From: Lingula anatina
Taxonomy: Eukaryota; Animalia; Brachiopoda
Assembly (NCBI GenBank): GCA_051362555.1
Contig: CM120642.1
Location: 16,182,001-16,246,000, forward strand
Length of the DNA stretch: 64,000 bases
Direction: 5' to 3'
Below are positions 50,362 through 62,046 of this stretch, piece after piece. The position numbers were made by a program, and so were the translations under genes. Every line of letters begins with the position of its first letter. Position 1 is the first letter of the stretch. Under the pieces are notes generated by a model. That model made no database searches, had not been told where the DNA came from, and saw only the letters and a program-made list of their open reading frames with translations.

Positions 50362-52232
50362 TCAGTGTTCAACAAAACTACAGTACCTAATCATTTCAAG
50401 AAAAGAGGCAATCCGTAATGTGAGGAAATGCTTTATATAAAAAAAAGGTGAAAATCTGATTTTTTGTACATCCATGAGAAGAGGAAAAAATAAGACGATG
50501 CAAAGAAACAAATGGTTTTGTTGACTGCATTTATTAGTTTCTGTATTAGGTACTGAGTCAGGTTCACAGAAAGCGAGTTTATTGGACCAAATTTTTGGAA
50601 ATTAATTCACAATTACAAAGAGAAGGAGAAGGACAAGAATGCCCGCATAAAAAACGTACTCGAATTGGCTATCTGTACCATATTAAGGATGAAATATTCA
50701 TTGAAGGTGAGAAAAAAAGTAAAATGTGATCAGGAATAGAACTAGTAAACTTGAACATTCCAAGAGAGAAACCTATTTGGAAGAGAAATCCAATTTTTAA
50801 TTCAAGCAATAATTTTATAAAGGAAAGGAAATTACACCAAAATATGTATATGTGATCTTTTTAATTCTTATTCATTCCCAATTTTTTGTTCCCAAGGAAG
50901 TCAGTATTAATAAGAATTGCTGTGATTTTTTAATACTTTATCCAGTTTTTTATTTTATTAATTTATTTCATTTTTGTACAAGTCAGGGGACAAAAAAAAA
51001 AAAACAGATGGGATCAACCTTGTGTTCCTGATGTCTCGGTAAAATACAAACAAATTACAAATACACTGACCAATACACATGCACAAATACCATGCACAAA
51101 GTATATACAAATGTGGCTGGTTTTTTCTTTTTTTTTTCTGCAGTGATTTGGTTTAATCACAGTAAGAAAATGAAGTAACAATGTTCCTGTTTTTCTTAGT
51201 AATTTAATGCCTATTTCAAATTCCAGTGCAGACTTTTATCTGTGTACACACTGCATTTAAACTTGCTTTGTAACAACTAAAATATCTGTTTTAGTAACTT
51301 TTTAGGATACTGATGATGTATCATCTGATAATACCTTATATATTTTTCAGTGTTTAGAATCAGTGAATTTGTTTCTTTTTATTGAGTGTCCAGTACAATA
51401 CATCCAGCTTATTAAAGCTTTTAAATCACTTGTGATATATCAACATTCCATGTGTATATATATTCAAATTTTGAAAAGTGTTTGACACACAAAGGAATTT
51501 TAAAATTACCTTTTCATAAAATAACACGCTCCTTTATATGCACATATTAAAATGTATATAATCAAGAATTTTATCTTTTTTTTTTTTTTTATTGTATTAA
51601 TTGGATTTGTTGTTGAACTGGTTGTTAACAACTTTATATTGGAATTGTTTATGTGCTAGTCATTTAAGATTATCAGGCACATTTATGTATGTTTATAAAA
51701 CAATATTGACTTTGTTAATGATTAGATCTCTTAACTTGCATGTATCTACTACATCCGTCTGTATAATGATTAAGATTTCATGTAGGAACACTTTTATACT
51801 TGGAAATGCTATGTACCTAGAAGAAAGGTAAAATAAATTACCTTAGGTCTATCAGTTGTTTTATGGAAAGTAATACAAGGTGTTGATTCAAAGAAGTTGA
51901 ATGTACACCAAAATAATAATACTTTTATTTAGGGGTCACTGATATGCCTTAAGCATGGAAATGTGTCAGCAAACAATATTGTGCTGCCACTATAACATTG
52001 CTTCTATCATGATAAGCCACCCAGGACACAATAGAATCATTAGGAATTGCTCCTATTAGTAAACATTGTTGTATAAATAAACCGATCAAGAAAAATGTTA
52101 GAGACTGAAATGTGTATGTGTCTTCTCTCGTACTCTATTTGATGGTGTGTTTTTCGGTGAAGTTCGATGATTATTTCTTAGCGGTATGTATGCTTTGAAA
52201 ACCTCTCGCTGACGCTCCAGGTGTTTTTGCGT

Positions 52233-52287
<55 letters not shown>

Positions 52288-54804
52288 CCGTTATTATAAG
52301 CAGTTGGGGCGAAAAAATAAAAGCGATCCAGTTTGCGCCTTCTTTTGAGAAATGTGCGTCGCGATAGCCCAACAGTTCATTGATCCGAATAATCGTAACA
52401 TTTTTATCAGTTTTTTGATAAAAGGGTTCGTTGGCAGGGGGGGGAAATTTTGACGTGGGAAAATTTAGGGATTTTAGAGGGTAAGCTGTGCCATTTGGTA
52501 CGGTTTAAGCAATGATTCAGCTAGTCAAAATTCTAATATTAAGAGGGGACCATTGGTGTGATTTTTTTCAGAAATCGAAGGGGAGGTCAGGACTAGTTGA
52601 TCTGAATGGTTATAGTGAAGATTCAGACCAATGAACCTTCGGCCTATTGCCATGCACCCTTCGGGACAATTATGTTTGAAAACGTGTCGTCACTTCACTT
52701 GACTATCACATCGAGCTAGTCACAGTGAAGAACTGTGTGTGTGTGTGTGGGGGGGGGCGGGGGTGGAGGGGGCGTATCACGTGTACAATCTCCCTGGGGC
52801 CTTCCAAGGCTGTCTGGGATACTGTGACATGGACTGAGTTGGCTGCAGATCTTCCGCTACCAAAGTGGCGAAGAAGTCATTTGGTAACATGAGATTACTT
52901 GGATTACACCAGTGTTACAATGTTTGACGTCGTCTCACGCCTGAAGAATAACGAGTGTTAGCTTGGATTGGACTCATTTTATTCCAGTTCGATGCTTATA
53001 ATAGCATTATATCAATAAATACTACAACGCATTTCAAAATTTCTCATTTTTAAATTTTTTACTTAAAAGTTCAGTTTGGACAAGGAGGTGTATTCAGATT
53101 CTGGTGAATAAATTTTTAAAAAAATATTCAGATAGAATCCCTTGATTCATATTTAGAGCACATGTACATTTATTTGGTTAGATATGAACAGGCGTCGCGA
53201 CAACCGGCGTTTATCTGTGTTTTCTTTCTGCACATCCGCGTTCTAATCAAACCGACGAGCTGCTTCGTTATCAGCTTTAGTTTGATTTCAAAGTCAAATT
53301 TAAAAATCCCACATACCCCCACTAAGGAAGTAATTTGAGTGTACATGTGTTTCCTCATAACTCTTTTCATGACAATCTCGTGATAAATCATTATCCCACG
53401 CGTCTCTTTCCTTCAAAGAGAATTTACACCAAAATGAAAGTTGCATGATTTCACATATGTGGACTTCAGATTCGACAAAGCATTCATGCCTCTCGCTCTC
53501 TCTCTCTCTCTCCTATGGTTCTGTATTCTGTGTGTGTATTATGTTGTGTTGATAATTTCATGTCGACGATACAGAAGTTCAATATACTAGTAACGTACAC
53601 GTGCATGTCTTTGACCCTATTTGTTCGTCAATCGTGTGCAAGGAAAAACCGAGATCCACCTTGCTGTTTTTCTGTCCCTCCTTCGACATATTAAGCACCT
53701 GATGAGTATCACCGTCAGAATCACTAGTGTCAATACTTTGGAGAGCCGCAGCCGTTCTGAAGTAGAAATATTACAACACATTTTCATTCACCAAAATTAC
53801 CAATAATTTCAACAAAGAATGCTGACTCCTATGTCAAATACTAATTTTAATTAATTAATTAATTAATTAATTAATTAATTAAAAATCAAATCGATAGGTC
53901 ATGTGAACTTTTCGAAAGCACGATTGATAATAGTGGTCTGTAATAGACAGTGTCAAAATATCCGTCCCATTGTGGTAAGAGATAAAAAGCATTCAAAGTC
54001 ATTTAAATGACAGTATTAGATTTTGCTGTGTCATTTGATTATGGAACGTATGAGGACATTAACGTTAACATAGTTCACATGTATATGTCTAAAAGTGAAA
54101 GATAATAAGGAAGTGCATAGCTGTCAAAAAGTTTCCCCTATTATCAATAAAGCCTTTCAAGCCAGGGTTTTCCAGCCAAAAACCCATATTTAACGTAAAC
54201 GGTATTTCCCCTCGATTTGTCAACCTTTAACTTTCCTTTTTTTGACACTCGCCATAACTCTGGGTGGATTCAGAACAAACTGATCCGCGGATCAAATATG
54301 GCTGACTCACTTAAAAGCAATGCTGGCTTATCCCCTTATGGTCTCCCCGCCTTCCATACGTGCCGTGTAATTTTCAAACTTTATCAAGATGGCTTTATGT
54401 CCTTATCGGCCTTATGTCCCACACGGGACGAAGAGCAATGATGATGATGATGATGATCAAGATGGCTGACTACCGAGGTTGAACAGGGGTTATGAATATG
54501 ATTATTTTTTGCAATACTGATTTTTTTTTGCAATACTGATTTAAAAATCTGTCTTTGTCTGTCAATTTACATATGATTTACAAGTTTTAATTGTTCAACA
54601 AGATTCATGCTCTTGAAATGCGTACAAATTAAATCCTGTCCTGGGTCACTTTAAACGTCGCAGTTTTGTTCTTGGAAAAGAATATTACATGTATGAGGTT
54701 AACACCAACCTAGAGGTCGATTACTATTGATGGCATCTTGTTGCTCAGTCCCTGTGTACTTGACTAAACTGTACTTTGGTAGACCATGATGTGACTGCTC
54801 AACG

Positions 54805-55047
54805 TCACCGCTGTCTTCGTTCTGATTGGCTAACTGTGTTTGGCCGCGGATCATGATCCCAAATCCAGAAAATATCCCACTGATAGCCGGGATTTCCAAA
54901 GTGGTTATTCCAAGTCGTTGGCTCACCCAATAAACGTCTCCAGCCAAATGAAGTGAGCTGAATGACAGGATTAATATCTTCGCAAGCCTGGGAATTGTAT
55001 AATTGATAAATACTTGCAGCTAGGATTATAATTCTCATAATGATCAT
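54805..55047 (-). CDS. Candidate small secreted Trp-rich peptide (80 aa) or frameshifted gene remnant
   Basis: Signal-peptide-like N-terminus MIIMRIIILAASIYQLYNSQA-C and a locally higher-GC body. A CRE palindrome (GTGACGTCAC, about 55420) lies upstream. Confidence 0.4.
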   Translation of the reverse strand: MIIMRIIILAASIYQLYNSQACEDINPVIQLTSFGWRRLLGEPTTWNNHFGNPGYQWDIFWIWDHDPRPNTVSQSERRQR

Positions 55048-56685
55048 AGGGCCTATATGTACCAGTAATTACATTTTATTATTAAATAAGTCACTACCAA
55101 TGGAAAACGAAACGTTTATTAACTGTGATGTATGAGGGTTAATGAAAACTTACATCCACAAATCCATAGTGACACATGTATTGTAAGGTGTCGATCTTCA
55201 CTGCTTTCACAAAATTTTACTGGGATTATTTTCTTCTTCACAGTGTATTTTACTATTGTCCATTTTGGGAAGCTCCATTTTTCTTCAGTTGTCCCTTGTA
55301 CTGTTACATATGTTCAAGCTCCAGGTCCTTCTATCTTAATTCAAAACTATATAACTTAAACAGTCCGCAGTATATCAGGACGCCTCTCAGTACCAAGTCC
55401 TTGCTACGGTCATTCACAGGTGACGTCACGCGTCCCCAGGCACTGGACCGTCACAAATGACATTTTACTTGACCAAGGTGATACTCAAACCCAGGAAATA
55501 AGTCCAAGAATTATATAGGACACATGTAGTTCCTCGGGCATAATTAACAGCGTTGACAGAGGCTATGAATGTGACTCCGTCCATTGTATCTTTAAAGTAA
55601 CACGTTCAACTAGGTTATGATACATATTTTATGTGGCCAGGTTATCGCTGACATCTACCAGTTAATTGCCATTGACATTGGACGGGGCAGAAAAGAGGGG
55701 CAGCGAAGGTGGGCGGAACTACGTGCTCTATTTCAGACATTTCAATTGCTTATGTTAGTCTCTATTTGAATTTCAATTTCATATCAATTCTGAATTGTCC
55801 AAAGTATCTTACTCCATCTTATCCCTTTTTTATGAATGCACAATGAAACATTCCCCGCCTCTCTTCCCCGGTATTCAATAAAGTAATTCTAGGTGCGTAT
55901 GGACGGTGTGTCTGTAGGATCATGGACCTTCTAATGATAGTCACCACGAAAATTATACAGAGCCTAAAGCGCCACCCTCTCAAATATATATATAAACCAT
56001 TAAGCCCTCACTACGAGCAAAGTTAAGATCATGGTCAACAATATTCATACTCGAGTGCGGTGCAAAATTGAAGTTGACATGACACCAAATTCAAAGCACG
56101 AGATAAGTTCAGACGAAATCTTTTATAAACAAAAATACACGAAAATAGGTCTTGCAAGCGTCATCAAAAAAAAAAAAAAATTAAAAACAAACAAAAAAAA
56201 AAACGATAATGCAAGAAACTATGTAGGATAATTCCATGGATAAAGTTATCTTTTAGATAACGGTCATAAGAGTCAAAATGATATAGAGGCAAGAGAGTAT
56301 CTTGGGGCATCTCATAGTAGCTCCCCTTTCCGGTCTGAAGCATGTCTCGTCTGAACAAGCTAACCGACTTTTTTTTTTTTGCAATGAAAAAGATAGAAAG
56401 TTTATTTAAGGATTCAAAGAACTGCAATAACTTGCTCTCACCGTAAAATCTCTAATAACGATGGAAGGAATATTTTGATATGAGTACACTTATTTATTCG
56501 AAGCAAATGATAGTACTTTCATATTGATTGGCAATGATATGAGATAGTAAGAATCCTTACCCAATATACATGTACACTTATGTGTATGCATGTGCATTGT
56601 AATATACTATGTACTACATGGTTGTCCCATAGCCCTCCTTCAAGTAGAAAAACAGGTAGCTTGTGAACAGATAATTCGAGTAATA

Positions 56686-56950
56686 AAAAAGCACCAAGAG
56701 ACCGTAGACTCCGCCAAAACAAATAATTAACTAATAATTAACATTACATTAATTAATGGATCACAACCAAACATTTAAAAATTTGTGATTTTGTGATAAA
56801 AGTGATTAAATCACTTTTCAATAAGCCCTTTTCTGACCTCTCTTTGTTATTTCATCAAAATCCTGCCATAACGCCTGCATAATGCAATCAGACAAACTAA
56901 ACTAAGCAGCTAACGGTCCCAAAAACATTAGCTTCTTGTCGGAGACAAAA
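56686..56950. mobile_element. HINE-like remnant downstream of the TLR
   Basis: GCACC..GACTCCGCCAA start and GTCGGAGACAAAA end. Confidence 0.4.
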
Positions 56951-57096
56951 TGCAGCTACATATACATTGTTAAAAGCCGTTAGCTACAAGCAATCCCATT
57001 CATTCAGGTGAATATCAGAGCTAATTCTTTATCCAAAACACCGCCTTAGGAGGTGGTTTTAAGCAATTCCATTTAAGCGAATGAAATGCAATTGCT

Positions 57097-59784
57097 TCAT
57101 CTCAACAAAGCTAATCTGATCTTTTTCCAAAACACCGTCTTTTGGCGCATCGTGCCATTTTCCGGCCAACACAAACAGGTCGTGTGACGCATCATCGTCT
57201 GCATATTATCTGGGATCGTTTTCTTATCTACATCCTCGTGAAGAATGAAAATGATACTGGTTATGCGTTTCTCAAACAGTTTGTTTTGGGCTACCTTAAA
57301 CTCGTGGTCGCACAGTCTACTTTGAAGAGAGTCGCTGGTGACAACAAACACGACCCTGGTCGTCTGATTCATGTACTCTTCGATATTGTCCACTATAGGG
57401 TTTCCACAGATAAAATCTCTCTCGTAAATGCAGAGTCTTAACGGCGCGCCCATGTCGTCACTCTCTTCTACGTTTTTGAGGAGTTCATCTTTAATCCATT
57501 TTGTATTTTTACTACAATACGAGACAAAAGCGGCGTACCTCTCGTCAGGTATTTCAACGTAGCCGTTGCGTAGGCGCGCATTCCGTCTCGTTTTTCGAAT
57601 AACCCAGGCGTATTTTATATCCCAACGAAATATGAAAATCAAATAAGACGTAAGCGTAATGGCAACGACGGATGATGTCAATCCAGCGGTCAGGTGTAGT
57701 AGGTGATTATCGCATTCTATCCACGCGGGACAAAAATCCACCAACTTGAGCTGCCTTAGATCTGAAGGCAAGTTACAGTGCTCCTGTTTGCCTTTACTGA
57801 GCAGCACCCGCGTATTCCGCAACCAATGGACAAACCACCGAATATCGCAGTCACAAGTCCATTTATTGCCGCTTAAATCCAATTGCCTCAGTGACCCACC
57901 TGACGTAGGTAAAATGGCCCATAAAACTCCCTCACTGATGCTGATTATTTTATTGTTTTCCACGTTAACGTGTGCCAGTTTTTTACATTTGTTAAAGATA
58001 CCGGCCGGGAGAGTCGTGATCTGATTCACCTGCAAATGTAAGTCTGTCATTTGAACTAAGTCGTCAAACATCCCCAGAGGGAGCTCCACCAACCCGTTGC
58101 CCGAAAGGCGAAGTTTCCAAATGTGTCCTAGGTTTTTGAACATCTTTTTGAGGATGGCCGGATTTGTTTGACCAAGGCTGTTGTTAGCCAGAGATAAGGT
58201 ATTCAAACTGGGAACCGCGCTGAATATACTGGCGTTTTTCAAATCACACTTGAGATAAGCATTGTTAAACTCGAAAGTTAGGTTTACTAGGCTTGTCATA
58301 TTCTTCAGAGTCAAGTCAATAAGATTAAAACCACCTTTCCGGTCAACAACACTATTTAAATGCAAAGTCTTTAGCGAACTAAGGTCGTGGAACATTATTT
58401 TCGGAGGGAGACGGTTTTTTGATAGGTTTAAAATTTGAAGTGATGTGCACTTTTTGATGACAACATAAGGCTTCTGAATGCCAAGGCCATTGCCACTGAT
58501 ATCTAGGAATTCAAGGTGTTTTAATTTTGGTATAAGGTCCAAAACAGAAACTTTTTGGATTTTATTCCCTTTCAAATTAAAGTTTCTCAATCGATTTCTT
58601 TTCGAAAACGCCAAGGGAGAAAATTCTTTAATATTGCAATTTGCCATGTCTAAAGTCTGCAGTTTCGTCATATTTCCCAGGGCACCTTCACCAACGCCAC
58701 CTATACTATTGCCCTGGATGATCAGAACTTCCAGGCCTGTTCTTCCTAACATGTTCATCATCCTTAGGTCCAATCTGTCCGCTTTCCAGCGTATCTTAGA
58801 CAAACTCAAATTCGTCAGCTGTGTCCCTGCCATACCGAGGCCTTCCGTGAGGTTACTCAGGGCGGGACAACCGGCGCCATCTTTTCCAGCATGCAGTCGC
58901 CTACAGAGAGGGTTCTTTGACAAGTCCAGAAGATGTAGACTCTTCATCTTAGAAAAACTATCTCTTGCAATCACGCTGATATTGTTTGAATTTAAATGTA
59001 ATGTTAACGCCGTTGTTTCTTCATAGCCTACGAGATCCAGCTTGCTGATGCTACGTAAGCTGTTGCCACTGAGATCCAGCTCTATGGTGTTGGCGTATAT
59101 TTTATTATTGCCTGGTATTCTCAAAGATTCAATGGAGTTGTTGCTGAGGTTCACGAAAGACAGAGATCGTGTTTCATTTTGAGCAATGGCAGACAGTGCC
59201 GCTCGTGTAAGCTGGTTGTCGTTAAGAGACAGACGTGTAAGTCTTTTGTTTGTCAGGAATGTATACCTTGGAAGATTTGTCAAACAAGTTTTATCCAAAT
59301 AAAGCTCCTGGAGGCTTTCTAGCGAGGAAAACCTAGAGAGAGGGTAGGTGTTCATGATGCCACAGTTTGATGTAAGCCATAGCTTTACTAATTTTTTTAG
59401 AGGATTGAATATTGCCGCGTTAGCACGTGTTAGATTATTCAAATCCAAGTGCAGTTCTTGAAGGTCACGTAAACATTCAAATGCATCGGGCGCCAGCTTT
59501 GAAAGCTGACAGTTTTTTAATTCCAGAACTTGTAACATTTTAAATCTAAATCTACAAAATACGTTGTTCGATATATTTTGTAGCGGATTTTGTGAAAGTA
59601 CCAGATGATTAACGTCTTCTGGAATTTCCGGCAGTGACGTCAGATTAAGACCACTGCAGTCTACAAAAAGGGTTCCTCCGTTTTGGACTTTTTCTTTGCA
59701 AACGCCCGAACGCTTACACTGCCCTCTGTTACTGATGTATAAAACCACCAGGTAAGCAATGATCAGTTGAGGAAGACGAAGCAT
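57097..59784 (-). CDS. Toll-like receptor, single-cysteine-cluster type, 895 aa, intronless CDS
   Basis: Signal peptide, LRRNT (VDCSGLNLTSLP), many LRRs, LRRCT (NKWTCDCDIRWF), TM helix and a TIR domain (YAAFVSY, LCIYERDF, FWKKIRLAL). The ATG at 59784 directly follows a TTTTACAG acceptor, so the listed TTG start at 59817 is intronic. A probable 5' UTR exon donor lies at 61217. Confidence 0.95.
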   Translation of the reverse strand: MLRLPQLIIAYLVVLYISNRGQCKRSGVCKEKVQNGGTLFVDCSGLNLTSLPEIPEDVNHLVLSQNPLQNISNNVFCRFRFKMLQVLELKNCQLSKLAPDAFECLRDLQELHLDLNNLTRANAAIFNPLKKLVKLWLTSNCGIMNTYPLSRFSSLESLQELYLDKTCLTNLPRYTFLTNKRLTRLSLNDNQLTRAALSAIAQNETRSLSFVNLSNNSIESLRIPGNNKIYANTIELDLSGNSLRSISKLDLVGYEETTALTLHLNSNNISVIARDSFSKMKSLHLLDLSKNPLCRRLHAGKDGAGCPALSNLTEGLGMAGTQLTNLSLSKIRWKADRLDLRMMNMLGRTGLEVLIIQGNSIGGVGEGALGNMTKLQTLDMANCNIKEFSPLAFSKRNRLRNFNLKGNKIQKVSVLDLIPKLKHLEFLDISGNGLGIQKPYVVIKKCTSLQILNLSKNRLPPKIMFHDLSSLKTLHLNSVVDRKGGFNLIDLTLKNMTSLVNLTFEFNNAYLKCDLKNASIFSAVPSLNTLSLANNSLGQTNPAILKKMFKNLGHIWKLRLSGNGLVELPLGMFDDLVQMTDLHLQVNQITTLPAGIFNKCKKLAHVNVENNKIISISEGVLWAILPTSGGSLRQLDLSGNKWTCDCDIRWFVHWLRNTRVLLSKGKQEHCNLPSDLRQLKLVDFCPAWIECDNHLLHLTAGLTSSVVAITLTSYLIFIFRWDIKYAWVIRKTRRNARLRNGYVEIPDERYAAFVSYCSKNTKWIKDELLKNVEESDDMGAPLRLCIYERDFICGNPIVDNIEEYMNQTTRVVFVVTSDSLQSRLCDHEFKVAQNKLFEKRITSIIFILHEDVDKKTIPDNMQTMMRHTTCLCWPENGTMRQKTVFWKKIRLALLR

Positions 59785-61074
59785 CCTGTAAAATTTGAGA
59801 ATTGAGAAATACAACAATAATGCGACTGCTCTGCAACAACTTGTGCCTTAACCATACATTCAAATTTTGTTTCTAGTTTTCTTAACAGTCCATTTTGAAA
59901 ATAATACATGTAGGCCTATCATTTGAAGTAGGCCTATAATACGCACTCACAAAGAGAGAGAAAGTAGCATGATATACTCATCCAGTTGCTTGTTATGTGC
60001 TCTAAAACAGTATAGCCATGTCCTAATCGCAACTTTAAAGATCGATATTATACATATACAGTGTACGTACTTGGATCACAAACTTTGCGCAGCCTAAGTT
60101 TTCCTTTGTAGAATGGACAAACGAATAAAACGACAGAAAGTACGAATGAGACTCCTAATCTTTAAACGTTGCACTGCAGAATGAGAATGTGAAACAAGGA
60201 AGCCAAAGGTGTGCGCTGAGTAAGGTATTTACACATTTCAATCAATATTTGCACGCATCCTATGGTAAAAAAACTTATCTTTTCTTCCGCGTTTTTTCAA
60301 TTCAGTCTGATTTTAGTTCTTACATTTTGTAGCAACGCGAAAGTCTGTTATATTAAGTTGAGTAAGAGGTTTTTTAAAGGATTTAATCAACGGTTTCAGG
60401 TCTTCATTCTAACTCATTTTTTAAAAATATTTAAGCCCTATCATTATTTTATTGTATGTTTATTTTATTGTTTGTACAGTATATATTGACCGTGCTTGAA
60501 ACTACATGTAACATTTGATTATTTTCAGAGCTCGTGAAGGAAATGTCACCCAACTGGTTGACAAGCAGATAAAAAGCAGATAAAGTCTACCATTTTTTCT
60601 ACTCTGTCGACGGGAAAAATACATGGTTCCCCGTACAGGAGGGTACGAGTTGAGGAAATGAGAGGCATGGTAAAAAATTGAGAATTCCCGCTTCACGGTG
60701 GATGCACAAGTATTCATTTTACATAGTCTAGATGACTGGTGCAAAAATTGCTCAAAAGGTGGAAAAAGCATGAAACTTGGCACAAATGTTCTTTGGACTA
60801 TGCTGATCATTTTCAAGGGTAGTGCCCAAAATTTCAAAGTTTTTGGACTGTTTGTTTTCATGCGTAAACATTAGCGCAGCCAGTACATATCAGAAAACGT
60901 GTATAACAGTGCACGTATACGTATAAAGACAACTGCAGCGGTCACTTTCACTGAAAAAAAACTATATATATAGGACGGACGGTAAAGATATTGATGATCC
61001 CCCATCATTAAACCTACCAAAGCTGACGAAGACGGATCGAGCCAAGCTGATATCTAACAGAAAGTGCTCTCAGT

Positions 61075-61084
61075 GGGATTTCCC
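61075..61084. promoter_or_regulatory. Possible NF-kB site in the TLR first intron
   Basis: GGGATTTCCC matches the kB consensus. It may instead be a MITE terminus, since a similar sequence occurs at about 54163. Confidence 0.3.
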
Positions 61085-62046
61085 AGCCAAAATGTATTTT
61101 TTAGTTTTTCTTCACTCATTTGAAAATCTCCCACAGTCACAAATATGTTCTGTAAGGCGTTATATATTCCCCAATTTAAAGTTTAAAGACAATTAACCCC
61201 CAAAAATAAAAATTACCTGTAGCGTACCTAGTGTCGTTGTTATCTTCTCAGTCTCCCCAGTGCGTCAAACTCGTTTTAGGGCAATGTGGTGAAAATATTA
61301 GGGGTAAAATACAGACCGCCGCTGTTAAACGCACGGCTTGGTCCCTAGAACTTCGATCCTCGCTGAATCTCTCTCTCACAATGGTGTATTCATGGTCCTC
61401 TTCCCTTTATTACGGATGACATAATACTGTAGAGTTCGTGGTCTTCTCCCCTAAACTACATATTAACATTTTACTTGCACAGTTTGTCCTTTTCCCGAAA
61501 ATACACGACATCACACTGGTCCTTTCCTCTAAATAGCATTCATCATACAGATAGGCCTACATAGTGACAAAGGGTATAGGCACATTTGCTGAAAAATTCA
61601 GTGTACAATATGTAGAAGTAAATTTTTGGGATATAAAAACATACACATTCAAAGCTGTTAGCTAAAAAGATTTAAATCTTTATTCCAATTTTGTTTTTGT
61701 GAATATACAACGAGAATAAATGAATCGTCGCTTTTTCTCACATTATTATCTATATTTTCTCTCAATTCGAAATCTCTCGGGTGTTCTTCAACAATACCAG
61801 AGTTTTAATTGATTTGTATCAGGAAAAGAATGAGCATGAACATCACTGATTTTTTTTTTATCCGGTCCATTTCAAATCAGCATTGTGCTGACAATGGAAA
61901 AATGTCAATTTTCATTCATGTTCTTTTAATGTTACTCAGGTAAAACATAATTCTAGTGTTTCAAAAGGCAAGAGTCAAAAGCGGAACAGGAAATGTTAAC
62001 CAATAAATATAAAATGTATTAAATAAATGAGTGTAAGAATTGTCGT

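Noticed and set aside
58478-59026. Antisense ORFs over the TLR, nuclear receptor and SLC44 exons (e.g. 1832-2152, 5742-6113, 39900-40205)
   Set aside because: They are shadow frames of real coding exons on the opposite strand.
59785-59817. N-terminal extension of the TLR ORF from a TTG start
   Set aside because: It lies upstream of a clear acceptor, and the ATG at 59784 gives a normal signal peptide.
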